Below are positions 48,446 through 61,487 of a stretch of DNA of 64,000 nt, one piece after another. The notes below the pieces were generated by a model. The model had not been told where the DNA came from and searched no databases. It was given only the letters and a program-made list of their open reading frames with translations. Origin of the DNA: Rhizodiscina lignyota (Eukaryota). Made by a program: the position numbers and the translations under genes. Each line of letters opens with the position of its first letter. Within the stretch, counting starts at the first letter, position 1. Location of the stretch: contig ML978144.1 in the NCBI GenBank assembly GCA_010015805.1, positions 62,001-126,000 of the forward strand, given 5' to 3'.

Positions 48446-50061
48446 ATGCAATTTTCCGTTTCGATTTCGTCCATTTCGATACCCGTTTTTCTTTTCGTCT
48501 ATGCTCTTGTAGCCGTATTGAAGCATTTGGAAACAAAGAAGACCGATGCGCGAGAGCCGCCAGTCGTAGCTTCACCGATCCCATATGTCGGCCACATTAT
48601 TGGTATGCTATTGAGAGGAAGTAGATACCTGAAGTCCTTGGGGTATGTATTGCTTCTGCAATCTGAATTGTATGACGACGATTCTAATATGACGATAGAT
48701 CGCGATGCCCAAATCTTCCAATTTTCACGCTCCCGATGCTCAATGGCCGCACGTATATTGTTACTTCGCCAGCCTTAGCGGCGCAAGTCCAGCGAGCATC
48801 CAAAGCGCTCAGTTTCAACCCCGTCATCCCTGAAGTAGTTAATCGCGTGCTTGGCCTCGACGCTGGGACTATGAAGATTATCCGGTCTGGCGTAGAGAGT
48901 GAAGATGAACGTGGCTTCGTTGGCGACACGCAAGATATGCTCTACGCTCGTCTTGCTCCTGGGGAGAGTCTTGACGAGCTAACTGCTGCCGCTGGGAATG
49001 AATTCCTTGCGCAGTTGACTGATTACAAAGAAATCCTCAACGCTAACGGTGGGAAGAAAACTGAAGAATTATTGGGATGGGTTAAACAGCTCGTAACAGT
49101 TGCGACGGCGAGGTTCCTTTACGGCCCGGAGAATCCATTGGCAATCCAACCGGAACTAGAACCACTATTTTGGGACTTCGATGCTGGGATTCCAGGACTA
49201 CTGCTCAATGTGTATCCATCAATAACAGCATCCAAAGCATATAGGGGCCGAGAAGCGCTTGTCAAAGCTTTCACGAACTACTTGACGGCTGGTAAGAAGA
49301 GCACTGGATCGGCCCTCACGCAGACAAGAGGGGTCATTGCGGACAAGCATGGCCTCGACGTTGAAAGTACTGCACGCTGTGAAGTGTCATTTCTGTTCGC
49401 TGGTATTACGAACACGGCAGTTACCTCTTACTGGCTCATATTGCACATCTTCGCGAATCCGACGCTCCTCAAGCGAATACGGAAAGAGTTAGAGCTTACA
49501 CTCAAGGCTCCGTCAGAGAAGAGCAGCGTGAGAATGATGAACATTAAGACGATCACAAAAGATTGCAAGCTACTGGTCTCCACCTTCCGCGAAACTCTGC
49601 GCCTCTACTCCGATAATGCATCGACCAGGGTGGTAACGACAGATACAGTGTTGGCGGATCAATATTTTCTCAAGAAGGGATCGATTCTGCAAATTGCGGG
49701 TGGTATTATGCACAGTGACAGCACTATATGGGGCGGGGATGCTGGTCAGTTCAATCCGGAGCGCTTCCTCGAAGACAGTACGAAGCAGAAGTCCGTCCAC
49801 CCAGCGGCCTTTAGAGGATTCGGGGGCGGAGCAACTTTGTGTCCAGGACGACACTTCGCACTGAATGAGATCCTCGCATTTGTTGCAGTGGTCGTCCTCT
49901 TATTCGATGTCAGTTCCGTGGACGATGAAGAGCTGCCAATACCGAAGAAGAAAGACGATGTACTTGCAATACACATTCTAGAGCCACTGGAGCAGGTGCA
50001 TGTCCAGATACGGCGGCGCGAAGGCTGGGACCAGTGCTCTCTGCAACTGGAAACATCATGA
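48446..50061 (+). CDS. Cytochrome P450 (CYP7/prostacyclin-synthase-like fungal group), 2 exons
   Basis: TM anchor and EPPVVASPIPYVGH; intron 48643-48698; I-helix FAGITNT, ETLR, FNPERF, heme FGGGATLCPGRHFA. Confidence 0.93.
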
Positions 50062-50212
50062 CTTCGACATATCGTGTATGCTGCGCTACATAAGGAGTGA
50101 CGACGATCCTGGGTAGTTTGTTATGCGGATTTCGTTGGAGGGACAACATGTTCTCTGCGTATGTACAAAGTAAAGTTCTTATCATCATATATATATCCAC
50201 GAGACATGAGAT

Positions 50213-52246
50213 TCACAGGCCAACAGCTTTCAACAACTTCTCGAACCGCTGTGCGACAGATTAGCAACCAGCCGCAGTATAAATAGCAAGTCGTGTAAAC
50301 TTACCGGAGTCCCAAATCCAGTCACTGCATCCCAGCCTTTGACAGCAGGGAAAGCTTTTACGTTATCGCAGAAAAGCGCCTCGCCGCTCGTGACATCGGT
50401 GAACGCTTGGTGTCCCTTCTTATACAACCAAGGGTTCAAGAATCCCATAACCGGCTTTCCAGCTGCAAGCAGCGCGTCGTTGAGCAGCGAGAAAACAGCT
50501 GCAGCGGTAGGGGTAGATGCACTGGTACCATCGGTACGTCGAAGGGTTCCATTCCAGATGACTGTGTAGTTGACACCATATGCCGCAATATCTGGGTAGG
50601 CGCGGCCAGACTTGTTGTAAAGGCTGGAAAACTCATTGCCAATAGTCTTCAGATACCCTGCTACAGCCTCTGCTTGGTACGAAGGCTGTGGAAAATAGTT
50701 ACTGAAGCCGCCGCCGCTGGTGAAATTGTTGTGCGGATCGAATGCGACGACCTCGGGGTTAAAGTTTACGGTTGCTTTGCTACATCAGCATTTCTCAGGT
50801 AGAAGACCGATTATTCACTTACCGCCTACAGATGTAACAAACGGACAGCTGGAGGGGAAGAGAGGGATGAACTCCGTCTTGTTGTTTACGTTGGAGAGGC
50901 AAGATCCGCCGGGCTGCACGCCTCCCGTTCCACCATCTCCACTCCCAAAGAAGATGGATACGCCGCGAGCGCCGAGTTGTGCAAACTGCGAGCACACCAC
51001 CTTCGCGTACGATTCGGGTACAGTTTGTTCATTGTCTTCGTACGAATTGGAGATGACCTGCGGCACGAATGGCTGACCGAGCATGTAATTCAGCCATTCA
51101 AGATATGGCTCATTGTCGACAGTTGGATCGTCTGCATCAGGGGTGAAAGGCGGAGGAGTACCACCCGTGGAGTATGCAACGAGCGGAGTTGGATAGCCGA
51201 GTCCAAGGAGAGTCTGCACATCAAGTCCACCCTCGATACCGATTCCCGCTTGGAGCTCACTGGTATTGAGCGGCGTCTGCTGAAGCGTCCCACCATCGAC
51301 GGAAATCTGAGAGAATGTGTAGGCTGCAGAGACAGCATCAGGTCTATACGTTTGGAGATATTGTTCTGCATCTGATCGGAGATTGACTTCGCCTAGATAG
51401 TTGGTGAAACCAAGTACATTCTTGCCCGGCACTTTTGGCACATAGTCAACGCTGTATTATCGCATTAGCGGCGTATTATTGGATTTAATATAAACATTTA
51501 AGCTTACGTCTCATAAAGAGTACGGAGACACAGCGGCGTCACAGCACTCGTGTTGCAGGCGTTGCCGACAGTCGGATTATCGATAGGCTGGTACGGCTGC
51601 GGTGACAAGCTGCCTCCTGCGCCATTTAAAAAGGTCTTGCTCTGAGGTACCGTACGCAGGAAAGAAGTCGTCGGCTGAATCGCGGTGATATGATCATGGA
51701 GATGCAGTGGAAGGCTCCATGCGGGAGTGCGCACCAGCGTTGAGCCGTCGTCGTGCTGATACACGGAGTATTTAGTGTCCAGGAGCCTTTCAACTTCGGC
51801 GATTGGTAGTGTGAAGAAGATGAAATCCTTCGCGGTGCTGTATCCAATGTTGCGAGGATCGACATGCTGAAGTAGCCACTCTTGCACCAAAGAGAAAGTG
51901 TCATCGCTTGGCTTTACCAGCTCGTTGATCTCGTCTATGCTTAGATGCTGTCCATAATAGTCATGGTCTGGATCAGAGACTACACAAAGTTAAACCAAAA
52001 TCTGTTCAGTGTCTCTTGACCAATTGTACCTTCATATAGCCGCCTCTCAAGCTCATCAAACTGGTTCTGTTTCAAACCAACTTGGAGACGAATTAGACGG
52101 TGACCTGGCGCATCTGCGACCCTTCGATATCCTTGAGGGACAGTATGTGTCTCTTTCACAGCATAGCGGCTCTTGAGTGGGTTGGCCGCAAGCAATCCTG
52201 AAAACAGGCCTAAGCAAACCGCGCCAAACAAAGCCGGAGATCGCAT
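50213..52246 (-). CDS. Secreted S53 sedolisin / tripeptidyl-peptidase I precursor, multi-exon
   Basis: Signal peptide and pro-domain (LKQNQFDELERRLYE, RTPAWSLPLHLHDHI); catalytic EGGLD, SGDGG, DGTSASTP; Ca-site GWDAVTGFGTP; last exon RFEKLLKAVGL*. Confidence 0.93.
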
Positions 52247-53977
52247 GACTTTTCGGGTATGGAGAATTGGGTATATTCTGCGCGGCGCCTGACAGGCGCG
52301 ATGGGATTCTCAATTTAAAGCCCGCCATAATTGACGCAATTGCGACAGTTGGAAGATCGCCTTCCATGTTCAGGTTGGTTGGAAATGCGGGTGGTACTAT
52401 CTGCATGACCTTCCCGAAAAGGAGGCTTGCGAACGGTGGCTTGATCCTCTGGATAACCGAGACTTATGCAGGTGAGCTAAGTCCTGACGACAAGCGAGAG
52501 ATGCGATCGAGAGAATGGCGTAATGAAAGAAACTTTCAAGGCAGAATACTGGGACATTTTGCAATCTTTAGGCCGCTCATGGGTATCATGTACGTTTTCT
52601 GTATCGTATCTTGGTCAGTTTATATCCAGGAAGAAAAGAAGGCCACGCATTTTGAGTTTTATCACTCGTCTCCCTGGAGTCAAAGTCAAGGTTTTCTACA
52701 TAACCCCGCAAACGATATGTCCATTCATGACACGAATGCTCGTGTCGTCTTAGGTTGTGCAATGTGCAGGTGCCGATACCACATCACATGATAAGCTTTG
52801 GTGGAACAGGAAGGAGGTATTCGGCCAAAAAAATACAGATAATAGATCGCGATGTGCGCACCGACGCCTCTCAAACTGTTATCAGTCAAGAATCCTGGGC
52901 CTCTGGCTTAACGATATCATTAAGGTGCAGAGTATAAGTGTCACGAAAAGTGACACGACGTGGTCCATGGCTACTACTTATAAAATAGCTCAACATATGT
53001 CATCTCACTTCTCCGTTTCCGGAGCCTCGTATCCATCTTCTACGGCCATCGCATCATTATACTGTCCTGGAAGTACCCAATACCCGTGGCGACACATATT
53101 CAGCACAGTGGTGATAAAGTTCTGACAGACCTTGATCCCAGCATCGACCTCGGCGATGACTCCGAAGGCACGACCTCAGGGCAAACCTGCAAGTACTATG
53201 ATCGAATATATAGAGATCGGTCTACGCGGCTACTTTGTATCCAGGTTCGATACCGTTGGCCGCCCGACTCTTGCGTTCGAAGGGTGATGGAAAGGGTCGA
53301 GGAAGTAGTGCTACGAGCTCTCATCGCGAACATCTAGAAGAGATAGAAGCAAGTCAGCATAGCTGTCGTCAATTCCTTACTCCGCGTTTGCAGCAGTCAT
53401 TCAAACATGGAGGATATAGAGCATGACGACAGTCGTCCCATCTCTTAAGAGTGGTGATAATTCAGGTGCTCGGTCACCGAGTAACATTCCACTTGACATG
53501 GAAGTAATACTGGGAATTCTGATTGTTCGGGCAGAGCTGTGAGCTAATGCGCAGGTTGCGACGTATATGCTGCTGTAGTTAGGCCGTGAAAGCCATACGA
53601 TGATGAGTTGGAGACAATGTAGAGAAATTGAAGGAAAAGCTTAGACTCCGAGTCGCGTCGCATTCGACGCAAAGGTCAACAAATGGACAGTGTTTATAAT
53701 GTCGAGTCCTCCCCCAATCTCACTTGTTCGTGCTCGTCTTACATATTGCCACACCTTTCGTACATTCTCAAGAGACCTTCTTTTTCTTTAGCTATTCTAT
53801 AATCAGGAGTTGAGATGTGGCTGGCTACAGAGTCCTGCTTCGAGCTTGCGATTTTCTTTTTGCAACCTCTCCTTGAAATCCTCATATTCGCGGGTATTTC
53901 GGCATGTGTGCAACCATGCGCAGTCATACAATTGCAAAGCTCGAGCATGACAAGTAGCATAGCATACTGTCAATGCT

Positions 53978-55023
53978 TTAGGATATCCGAAGGAGCTTTG
54001 CCGCATTTCCAGAAACAAAGGCTTTCAGATCTTCGCCCTTCAACAGACCCTGCTCTTCAATCTCTTCTATGTATTTCTTTCCCATCTCAGTACTCGAAAA
54101 AGGATAGTCAACCGAGAAAAGAACATGGTGAAGTGGCGACACCTTGAGCAGTAACGCCAGCGGCGTGGTATCAAATGTGCCGCTCGTCGTGACCCAGACA
54201 TTGGAGCGCCACACTTCTCGTAAAGGCCGCTTCAAGTGCGACCACCGTCCTGTTGCACGTTCTTGACGCTGCATCATGTACGGTATGGTTTCGCCCATGT
54301 GGCCAAGCAATAGTTTCAGGTGAGGGAAGCGGTCGAAAACTCCGGCCGCAAAGAGGCGGAGGAAGTGGAGTCTGCGTGTCGCTCGTCAGTTCATCACATC
54401 ACTGAGAATGTATATGAAATGTGTCTCACTGATAAGCATAGAGAAACTTACCCCGTCTCAACATGCCATCCAAAAACAAAGGCGCCAAGTCCTACTGCCA
54501 CAATTTCTGGGTAATTACCTCTATAATTAATCCGCATCATCTCCTCGCTGGCGAAGCAGGGGTGCATGTAAATCGGTACGTCCAATTCTTGTGCCATTTC
54601 CCAAACCACATCCCATTCTGACCCATCGTAGAACACACCCTCAGAGTGCGTATCTACTAGAGCACCAACAAATCCTAACTCCTTTACTGTCCTTCTCAAC
54701 TCTGCTGCTGCAGCGTGAGGTTCTTGCATTGGCAGAGAAGCAAATCCTGCAAAACGGTCCTGGTGGGCATCAACGGCGGCATGGAGCTCGTCGTTAATAG
54801 CGACGCACAGTTTAGGGCTGGGAGCTGTACGAAATGGGGTATGGGAGAGAACCTGGCGGGCGACGCCGCCGGCATCCATATCGGCGAGGCGCGAAGTTGA
54901 GAGGGAAGTCAGTTTGGCACCGATGGCGGGACCAAAATCGGAAGAAGCGCTGCCATAGACCTTGCTGGCTGCCTCAGAGGTGAAATGTTCTTCTAACGTA
55001 ATTGAAGGGATTGTGGTAGACAT
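53978..55023 (-). CDS. Amidohydrolase-2 family, non-oxidative aromatic-acid decarboxylase-like (2,3-DHBA decarboxylase-like), 2 exons
   Basis: ITLEEH, RLADMDAGGV, PIYMHP, GHMGE, VWVTTSG, LFSVDYPF, GNAAKLL. Confidence 0.9.
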
Positions 55024-56094
55024 GGCGGAAGGTTGTCTCTCAACGTGGGTTGAAAAGAACGCGTCGTCAGCCTTTATACCTATTCATACGGACTTAGGCT
55101 TTACTAGATAATGTCCGATTAGAGGAGGGACTTTGAGCAAGACGGTACTAAAGTTCCGCCGATTGGAAGAGATGTTGCTTTTCGTTGTACCACGCGGTGA
55201 CGTTACCAACGATGAATTTCATTTTGAGCACGAAGGAATTCTGCGTGCATTCCAATGGCAGAGGCACTCACAGATGCGATTGGGCATTATAAGCACTGCC
55301 AGTACGATGGAGAAGATGCCAACCCTAACCCTACATCGTGTCCCAGCCACCTCCACTTACCAAACCTTCCCAATCTCATATCGACAAGACTGGGACCACA
55401 TTTTGCCCTACTAGGCAAAGGGAATTTGTCAAGCGTGCGCGGAAAGAGACCTGGTTAATCCAACTGAAGCCCTTTGAAGAACGAGTAATACGGCCGCGCA
55501 AATTTGAGTTCTTATCTTGTTACTTTCGTTAAGCAACTCAATATTCTCACTTTCGCTGCCATATTATGAGTGACTCACACATTCTCAGGGTCTCTGAGCC
55601 TGTCAATTGCTTGACGAACCTTCTCCTGCGGGGAATCCTCCATATGCCCTATCTTCATCCGATTACACTGAGAGCGTTCAATAAAACCTCCCATAGTGCC
55701 TTTGTTTTCGGAGCTCGACAGTCGACGACCGATGTATTCCAAGGCCTTCCGAAACAATTCAGAAGCGTTTAAGAATCTTCATGTTGTAGGCGCAGCCGTG
55801 AATCGTCGCCCTAACGCTGTCCCACGTGGGCCCGGAGATTAAAGGCTTGGATGCGAGATATCGAAAGGACCACCTGATCATCCTCACGTGGCATCGATTT
55901 GTGAAACATGAAGTAGTGAATGAATTGGAACGTGTTGGAGGGCTTTAGCTAGCGCCATTGCATGGCCAAACGGGAGTAATACATCTCTATATATTCTTCT
56001 CTCACTCATGCTGCTTTGCCTCAACAACGAAGACTCGTATTCGACTCTCTCAATTCCACTTCTGTGCCATTGAATCGATCTTCACTCTTCCACC

Positions 56095-57211
56095 ATGGTG
56101 TCATTCTCCAAGCCCATCTCGGCTGTAGCTGTGATCGGTCTCTTTCTCAATCTCTTGCTTGCTCATCCTGGTCATGATCATCACGCCGAAGCTCAGAAGC
56201 GTGCCGCTCAGATCCAAACCTCTTCCAAGCACTCTCTTGCTCACTGTGCTGACGCGTTGAAAGAGCGCGGCCACGTCGAGCGCGCCCTCGCCCGTCGCTC
56301 TGAATGGGCAGAGGAACTTCGAGCAAGGAACTTCATTGAAACCATGCCGTTCCTCAAGGCGCGCGACCTCGATCCGCTGAACATTTCTCACGCTTCACAC
56401 TTGACAGGCTTGGCTGCGAATGCTACTGATGGTGAGCTCTTTGGCGACAACGAAGGCGGTTGCGTCCTTCAGCCTGAGGTTACTGAGGGTCCATACTGTA
56501 AGTGAACTTTTCATCACTCTCATTCTCTTTTAATTCTCTTACTACTGGCTACTTGAAGTTGTCTCTGGCGAACTTATCCGCTCCAATGTCGTCGAACATC
56601 AAGGCGGTATTCCTCTTTATGCCGACATGCAATTCCTCGACATGACAACTTGCGAGCCTCTCACACATGTCTGGGTCGACTGGTGGCAATGCAACTCGAC
56701 CGGTGTATACGGTGGTGTCAGCGCTGCCGGCAACGGAGATTCGGATACGGACACTAGCAACCTAAACGCCACGTTCTTGCGCGGCATCCAATCGACCGAT
56801 CTGAATGGTGTTGTGCGCATTGAGAGCATCTTCCCTGGCCACTACGCCGGCCGCACGGCGCATGTGCACGTCCTCGTACACGAGAGAAACATTACGATCG
56901 ATGTGAATAAGACCATCCAGGACAGCTCCGGAATGCACGTGGGCCAGTTCTTCTTCGACCAGGACCTCATCTCCGCCGTCGAGGCTACTTTCCCCTACCA
57001 CACGAATACGCAGCCGCTCACAACGAACGAGGAAGACGAATACCTCGCGACCGAGGCAGCGTCCAGTGATCCGATGATGGAGTATGTGCTGCTGGGTGAC
57101 AAGATCTCAGATGGGATACTGGCATGGATCTCAATCGGCGTGAATACTAGCTACAGTTATGACGTTTGGGTTGCAGCGACCTTGACGGCGAATGGAGGAG
57201 TTGAAGACTAG
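56095..57211 (+). CDS. Secreted intradiol ring-cleavage dioxygenase-like protein, 2 exons
   Basis: Signal peptide then HPGHDH, CVLQPEVTEGPY, WQCNSTGVYGG, FLRGIQ, FPGHYAGRTAHVH, GQFFFDQ. Confidence 0.88.
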
Positions 57212-57475
57212 AGTTTTCGCATCCATTCAGCAGGGACTGGCACGATGCCGAATGTTCCAGGCTGATGAAAATCATTTTCGGATGGCAGCTTGCACTGGAG
57301 AGGTTTGAAACTCTGGACAAACGGCGTTGGTTCATGAGCACGTCTCTGCACCTGAATGGTAGTGTAGATGGAGTAGTCTACACGATTAGTCTATTCGAGG
57401 CTCAAATATGAGCGTTCGACGGTATCACAATTCAAACAGATCCACCCAGAAACTCCAAACATCACTCACTCAAAC

Positions 57476-59191
57476 CTATGCATTCCCATTCTCGACAGTA
57501 TGCCCACTAGTGTCGCCAGTGGTCTCAGCATTGACCACTCCACTGCTCTTCCCATTCATCTCCTCAAACCCTTTCGCCACAAACTCTTTCCTCAGCTTCT
57601 CTAGCCCCTCAGTCTCTTTCTTGGACATCTCCTTTTTCTCACTCGTGACCCGCAACACGCTCTCTGCCGCCCAATCGGTGCACTTCCCGTCGCCGAACAA
57701 TCTCCATTGTGCCGATGCAGGAATCTTCATGTACACCGCATTCAACAGGCTCAACCCTCTGAAGGGATTCTTCAAACTGTAGCCTAGCATTCTGCCAAAG
57801 GTTGGATTGGCCCCAAGAGGAGAGAGCATGCTGTCAATGTACGACATATACATGACACAGCTGGCGTGCCTGTCCGAGTGCACGAATTTCTCGCGCTGAA
57901 AGGCCTGGAACTTTCGAATCTCGGCGATTTGCTTATCCTGGGACGGCAGCTTGACTTTGTCAGTTAGCACACCAACGCTCCACCGGGTCTGGGCTTCGAT
58001 AACCGGTATGGCAGGACCAGCAGTCTCGACAAGGCCGATGATGAAGAGATTAGGATGGTGTACAGGTTTGACGAGGTGCAGTAGATCGATGGTTTTGTAT
58101 TCGGGGTTCGAGGTTGTGTCTTTTTCCGGGAGGCTGAGGATGTTCGGGGGGAGGTAGGGGAAATCGATTGTGTAGCCAGTGGAGGAGATGATCACGTCCG
58201 AGTCGATGGTATCGCCAGTGGATAGAGTTACGCTAGTTGGAGTTATAGTGGAAACACCTGCGCGATGTACCTTGATCTGGCCTACGTTGACGCGCTCGAG
58301 GAATTCACCGCGCACGGTAGGCGCATTGGCCATGATACCGTGGTTTGGCTTCAGCTCTGGCGGATGCTTGCCTTGTGCCATGTTCATAAGGAATAGTTGT
58401 GCCCATGCCGTCAGGCCTGTTGGTAGCACCGTTGCGGCGAGCCGGCTGTCGTACGCCTCTACTGGCTTGCCTAGCGCGAACCGCGGTATGATCCATCCAC
58501 CTCGTCTTGTTATTAGATGTACTTCGGCATGTGGTGCAAGCTCGCATGCAATGTCCACGGCAGAGCTGCCGAGTCCGATGATGGTGACGCGCTTGCCAGT
58601 GAAAGGGCCAGGCGTACGGTAATAATGCGAGTGCAGCCATTGCCCTTCGAAGGTGTCTTTACCCGGGAAATGGGGAGTGTAGGCATAGGTATTGCGTCCA
58701 TTGCATGCGAACAAGGCGTCGTAGATATTTTCAACTGGCTCCTCTCCCTTCGTTTGTCTCTGCACTTTCCATCGTCCATCCTCCAGCTGCTCGCACTTCA
58801 ACACCTTGGTATTCAGTTGTATGTGTCGCTTCAGATCCCAGAAATCGGCGAACTCGTGGATATATTGCAGGAAAAGTTTGTGATTGAAGTATACAGGGTA
58901 TCGTGCAGGATCGAGGGGGAAATCGGAGAAGGTGGAGGAATCGCGGCAGGAGTTGAGGAGGACGCCTTGGTAGATGGATGAGTACACCTCTCCAGTCTCA
59001 GGATCCGGATCGCAGTACGCCCACTGTCCACCAATGTGCGGCAGCGCCTCGAACGCCTCAACTTCGAAGCCAGCAGTAAGACACTCTTTTATGGATGAAA
59101 GGCCGGAAAGACCTGGACTCTGTTATCAATGCCTGCCTGAGAGCGCTGGACGGTGCAATAGCTTACCGGCTCCAACAACTGCGACCTTCAT
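57476..59191 (-). CDS. Flavin-containing monooxygenase (FMO, class B), 2 exons
   Basis: MKVAVVGA|GLSG (GxGxxG split by an intron), IGGQW, FMO motif FEGQWLHSHYY, second Rossmann GLGSSA, STGY. Confidence 0.93.
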
Positions 59192-60835
59192 CGCGATCGC
59201 GAACGTACGCCAGATGTACCTGCAGACAGAAGGTGGCTTGCTTTGTCAATCAAAGAGTGCGCTTGGACTAGAAAGTCACAGGCGCTGACCTTATAATCAC
59301 CATGAAGTTGTGAAGCTGCTGAGATTAGTGTGTGTAAGCTGACCCTGTCCTCTCCTTTTCCTATCGTTCGTATAGTAAAGTCGGGTAAGAGACCAAGAGC
59401 ATTTCCGCACGAGTGACATCCTTACCTCTTCCACAGGCCAATCGAAGTTCAGTGCTTCATCTTAGCCTACAGAAGTGAATACGATAGGGGTCTTGGGGTG
59501 AAATAGCAGTACCTCAGTCCGCTCGCGCGTACGGAGTACATCGCACATGTTGCAGACAAGGAGGTTCTAACGGCTTCTGGACTAGCTTGAGAAGGTCTCA
59601 CGACGCGACGTGTCGAGACAAGGAGAACTTCAACCTCCCGCATCTTCGATTCTTCAAATGTCCATCCATTTTCGTCTGTGCTATAATGTATGCATTTGTT
59701 GTGGCCTTTGACTACTTGACGTCTGCGTACCCAACATCAAAACGAACCACGTGTGGGCAGTTGACAGCCCCGTTCTATGGACAGATCTCAGACCACCGGC
59801 ATCTCGTAAAGGGAGAAAGAAAGGAATGGGATTAGGACTTGAGAAATATATGAATACCGCCCGTAATAACTCTGTTGAATGACTACTATTCGAAAATGCA
59901 TTGGAAACCAAAGACTCAACGCATTCTTTTGGGATAGTAGGACTGAAATCGTCGCTGACGGCGAATCTAGACGACATATTGAATGAAATTAGGGTATACG
60001 ACTTTCGTGAAACCTTATCTGGATGCTCGACAAATTCCTTACCGATCCTTTGCCGGCATGTGATGGAAATTGGAGTATTTTGTCGATCCATCGATGAGTG
60101 GCACTGAGATTACCACTTGGAAGTGCAGAAGGCTGGCCCGGTTCAGGATCCTCTCGAGCTTGCAGAGAACTAGTACCACTCCTGAGCTGTAGCATCATTC
60201 TGCCCGGAGACCCCAACCTCGAAGCTGTTCATCGGATCGATGGCGAACGGACTAACAAAGTCTAGCTTAGGCGATACCAGTGAATCCATTAGCTTAGGTG
60301 GCATTAGGACCCCACGCCGTCGAACATATCTGGAATTGGCGTGCCATCGAGCAAAACTGCGGGTCATTGCCCACTCTGGTGACTCTAGTATCTCTGGTGA
60401 CTCTAGTATGTGGCATCGTTGTGGAAGTTTGAGCAAATCGAAGAGGTATCTTGCTAATTAGACCATAGTCAGCGGGTTGGGCACTTCTTCGGATCATGTC
60501 GGGCTCGCAATGCTGCGTTGTTGGATATGCTGTGCTGAAGTGAAACGTTCTAGCACCTCATCTATTATTCCGCACGAGCTGCAGACGTTGGTTTCAGTAA
60601 TCGATTGTCTCACGTCAAGCAATCATATTACATATGGGTTGTCAAATTGCCGGATAGGTTGTGGTGTGAAGGCCACTCCGAAAAGCACTTCGAGCTCCAG
60701 TTCAGTCCTCCCGCGTCATATCCCAGGCATCACTCAATAGCATATGCCGTTGCAGAAGAGAGAGAGAAGTGGATTTCGAGATTCATTGATCAGCACCGAA
60801 TGCAGTTCACCACCAACTCCCGTCAACTCCGTCTA

Positions 60836-60990
60836 CAAAAACCAAAAAACCAAAAGACCCCCAAAAACCCACAAAAAACCCCAAACGACCACAAACGACC
60901 ACGAACAATCCCAAAAAAAAAAAAACCCAAACAACCACAAAACCCCACAAAACCCACAAAAAAACCGAAACCCCCACCCCCTTCCCCCCC
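60836..60990. repeat. A/C-only low-complexity tract
   Basis: About 155 nt of irregular A and C runs with almost no T or G on the + strand. Confidence 0.8.
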
Positions 60991-61487
60991 GGTACTCCGT
61001 AACGCAAATCAACATGAATGAGAAAGAAACGGAGGCCGCCGTCATGCCAGCTATCCCAAAGCGCACATCCATCCTCCAGTCGCCGCACCCATCAGTCCAG
61101 CGTGGACGAGGGCGTTCGACAGGAGATGGGCCTTTGCAATGAGAGAGCTGTCAGGTCCGCATCCGCGCAACCTGCCGCAAGGCATATACCCCTTTCTCCA
61201 GTCGCCTGCTCATCAGTCCAGGATGGACGAGAGCCTTCGAGAGGAGATCGAGATATGCGCCGAGCTGCGAGGCCCGCCTTATGCTACCTTGCTCAGAGCG
61301 CGCACCGTTTCTTCCAGTCCCCAACCGTGTGAACAGGGAGAATGAGTTACGTTGTTAGGCCACGGCAAACGACCCCTATTAGTAACAAATTCTACACCTG
61401 CCAGCCGTTGCCGGTTGTGAGGTGAGTCGTCAAGAAGATCAGGGGCACTGCGCGAAACTGCCACTGACAACCATACACTGCTCAGGC

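Noticed and set aside
55320..55335. aaccctaacccta telomere-like motif
   Set aside because: Only about two units, which is expected by chance.
59587..60830. Fragmentary ORFs and an 18-bp tandem duplication (ctctggtgactctagtat, near 60374-60409)
   Set aside because: No assignable protein or transposon hallmarks such as transposase motifs, TIRs or LTRs.
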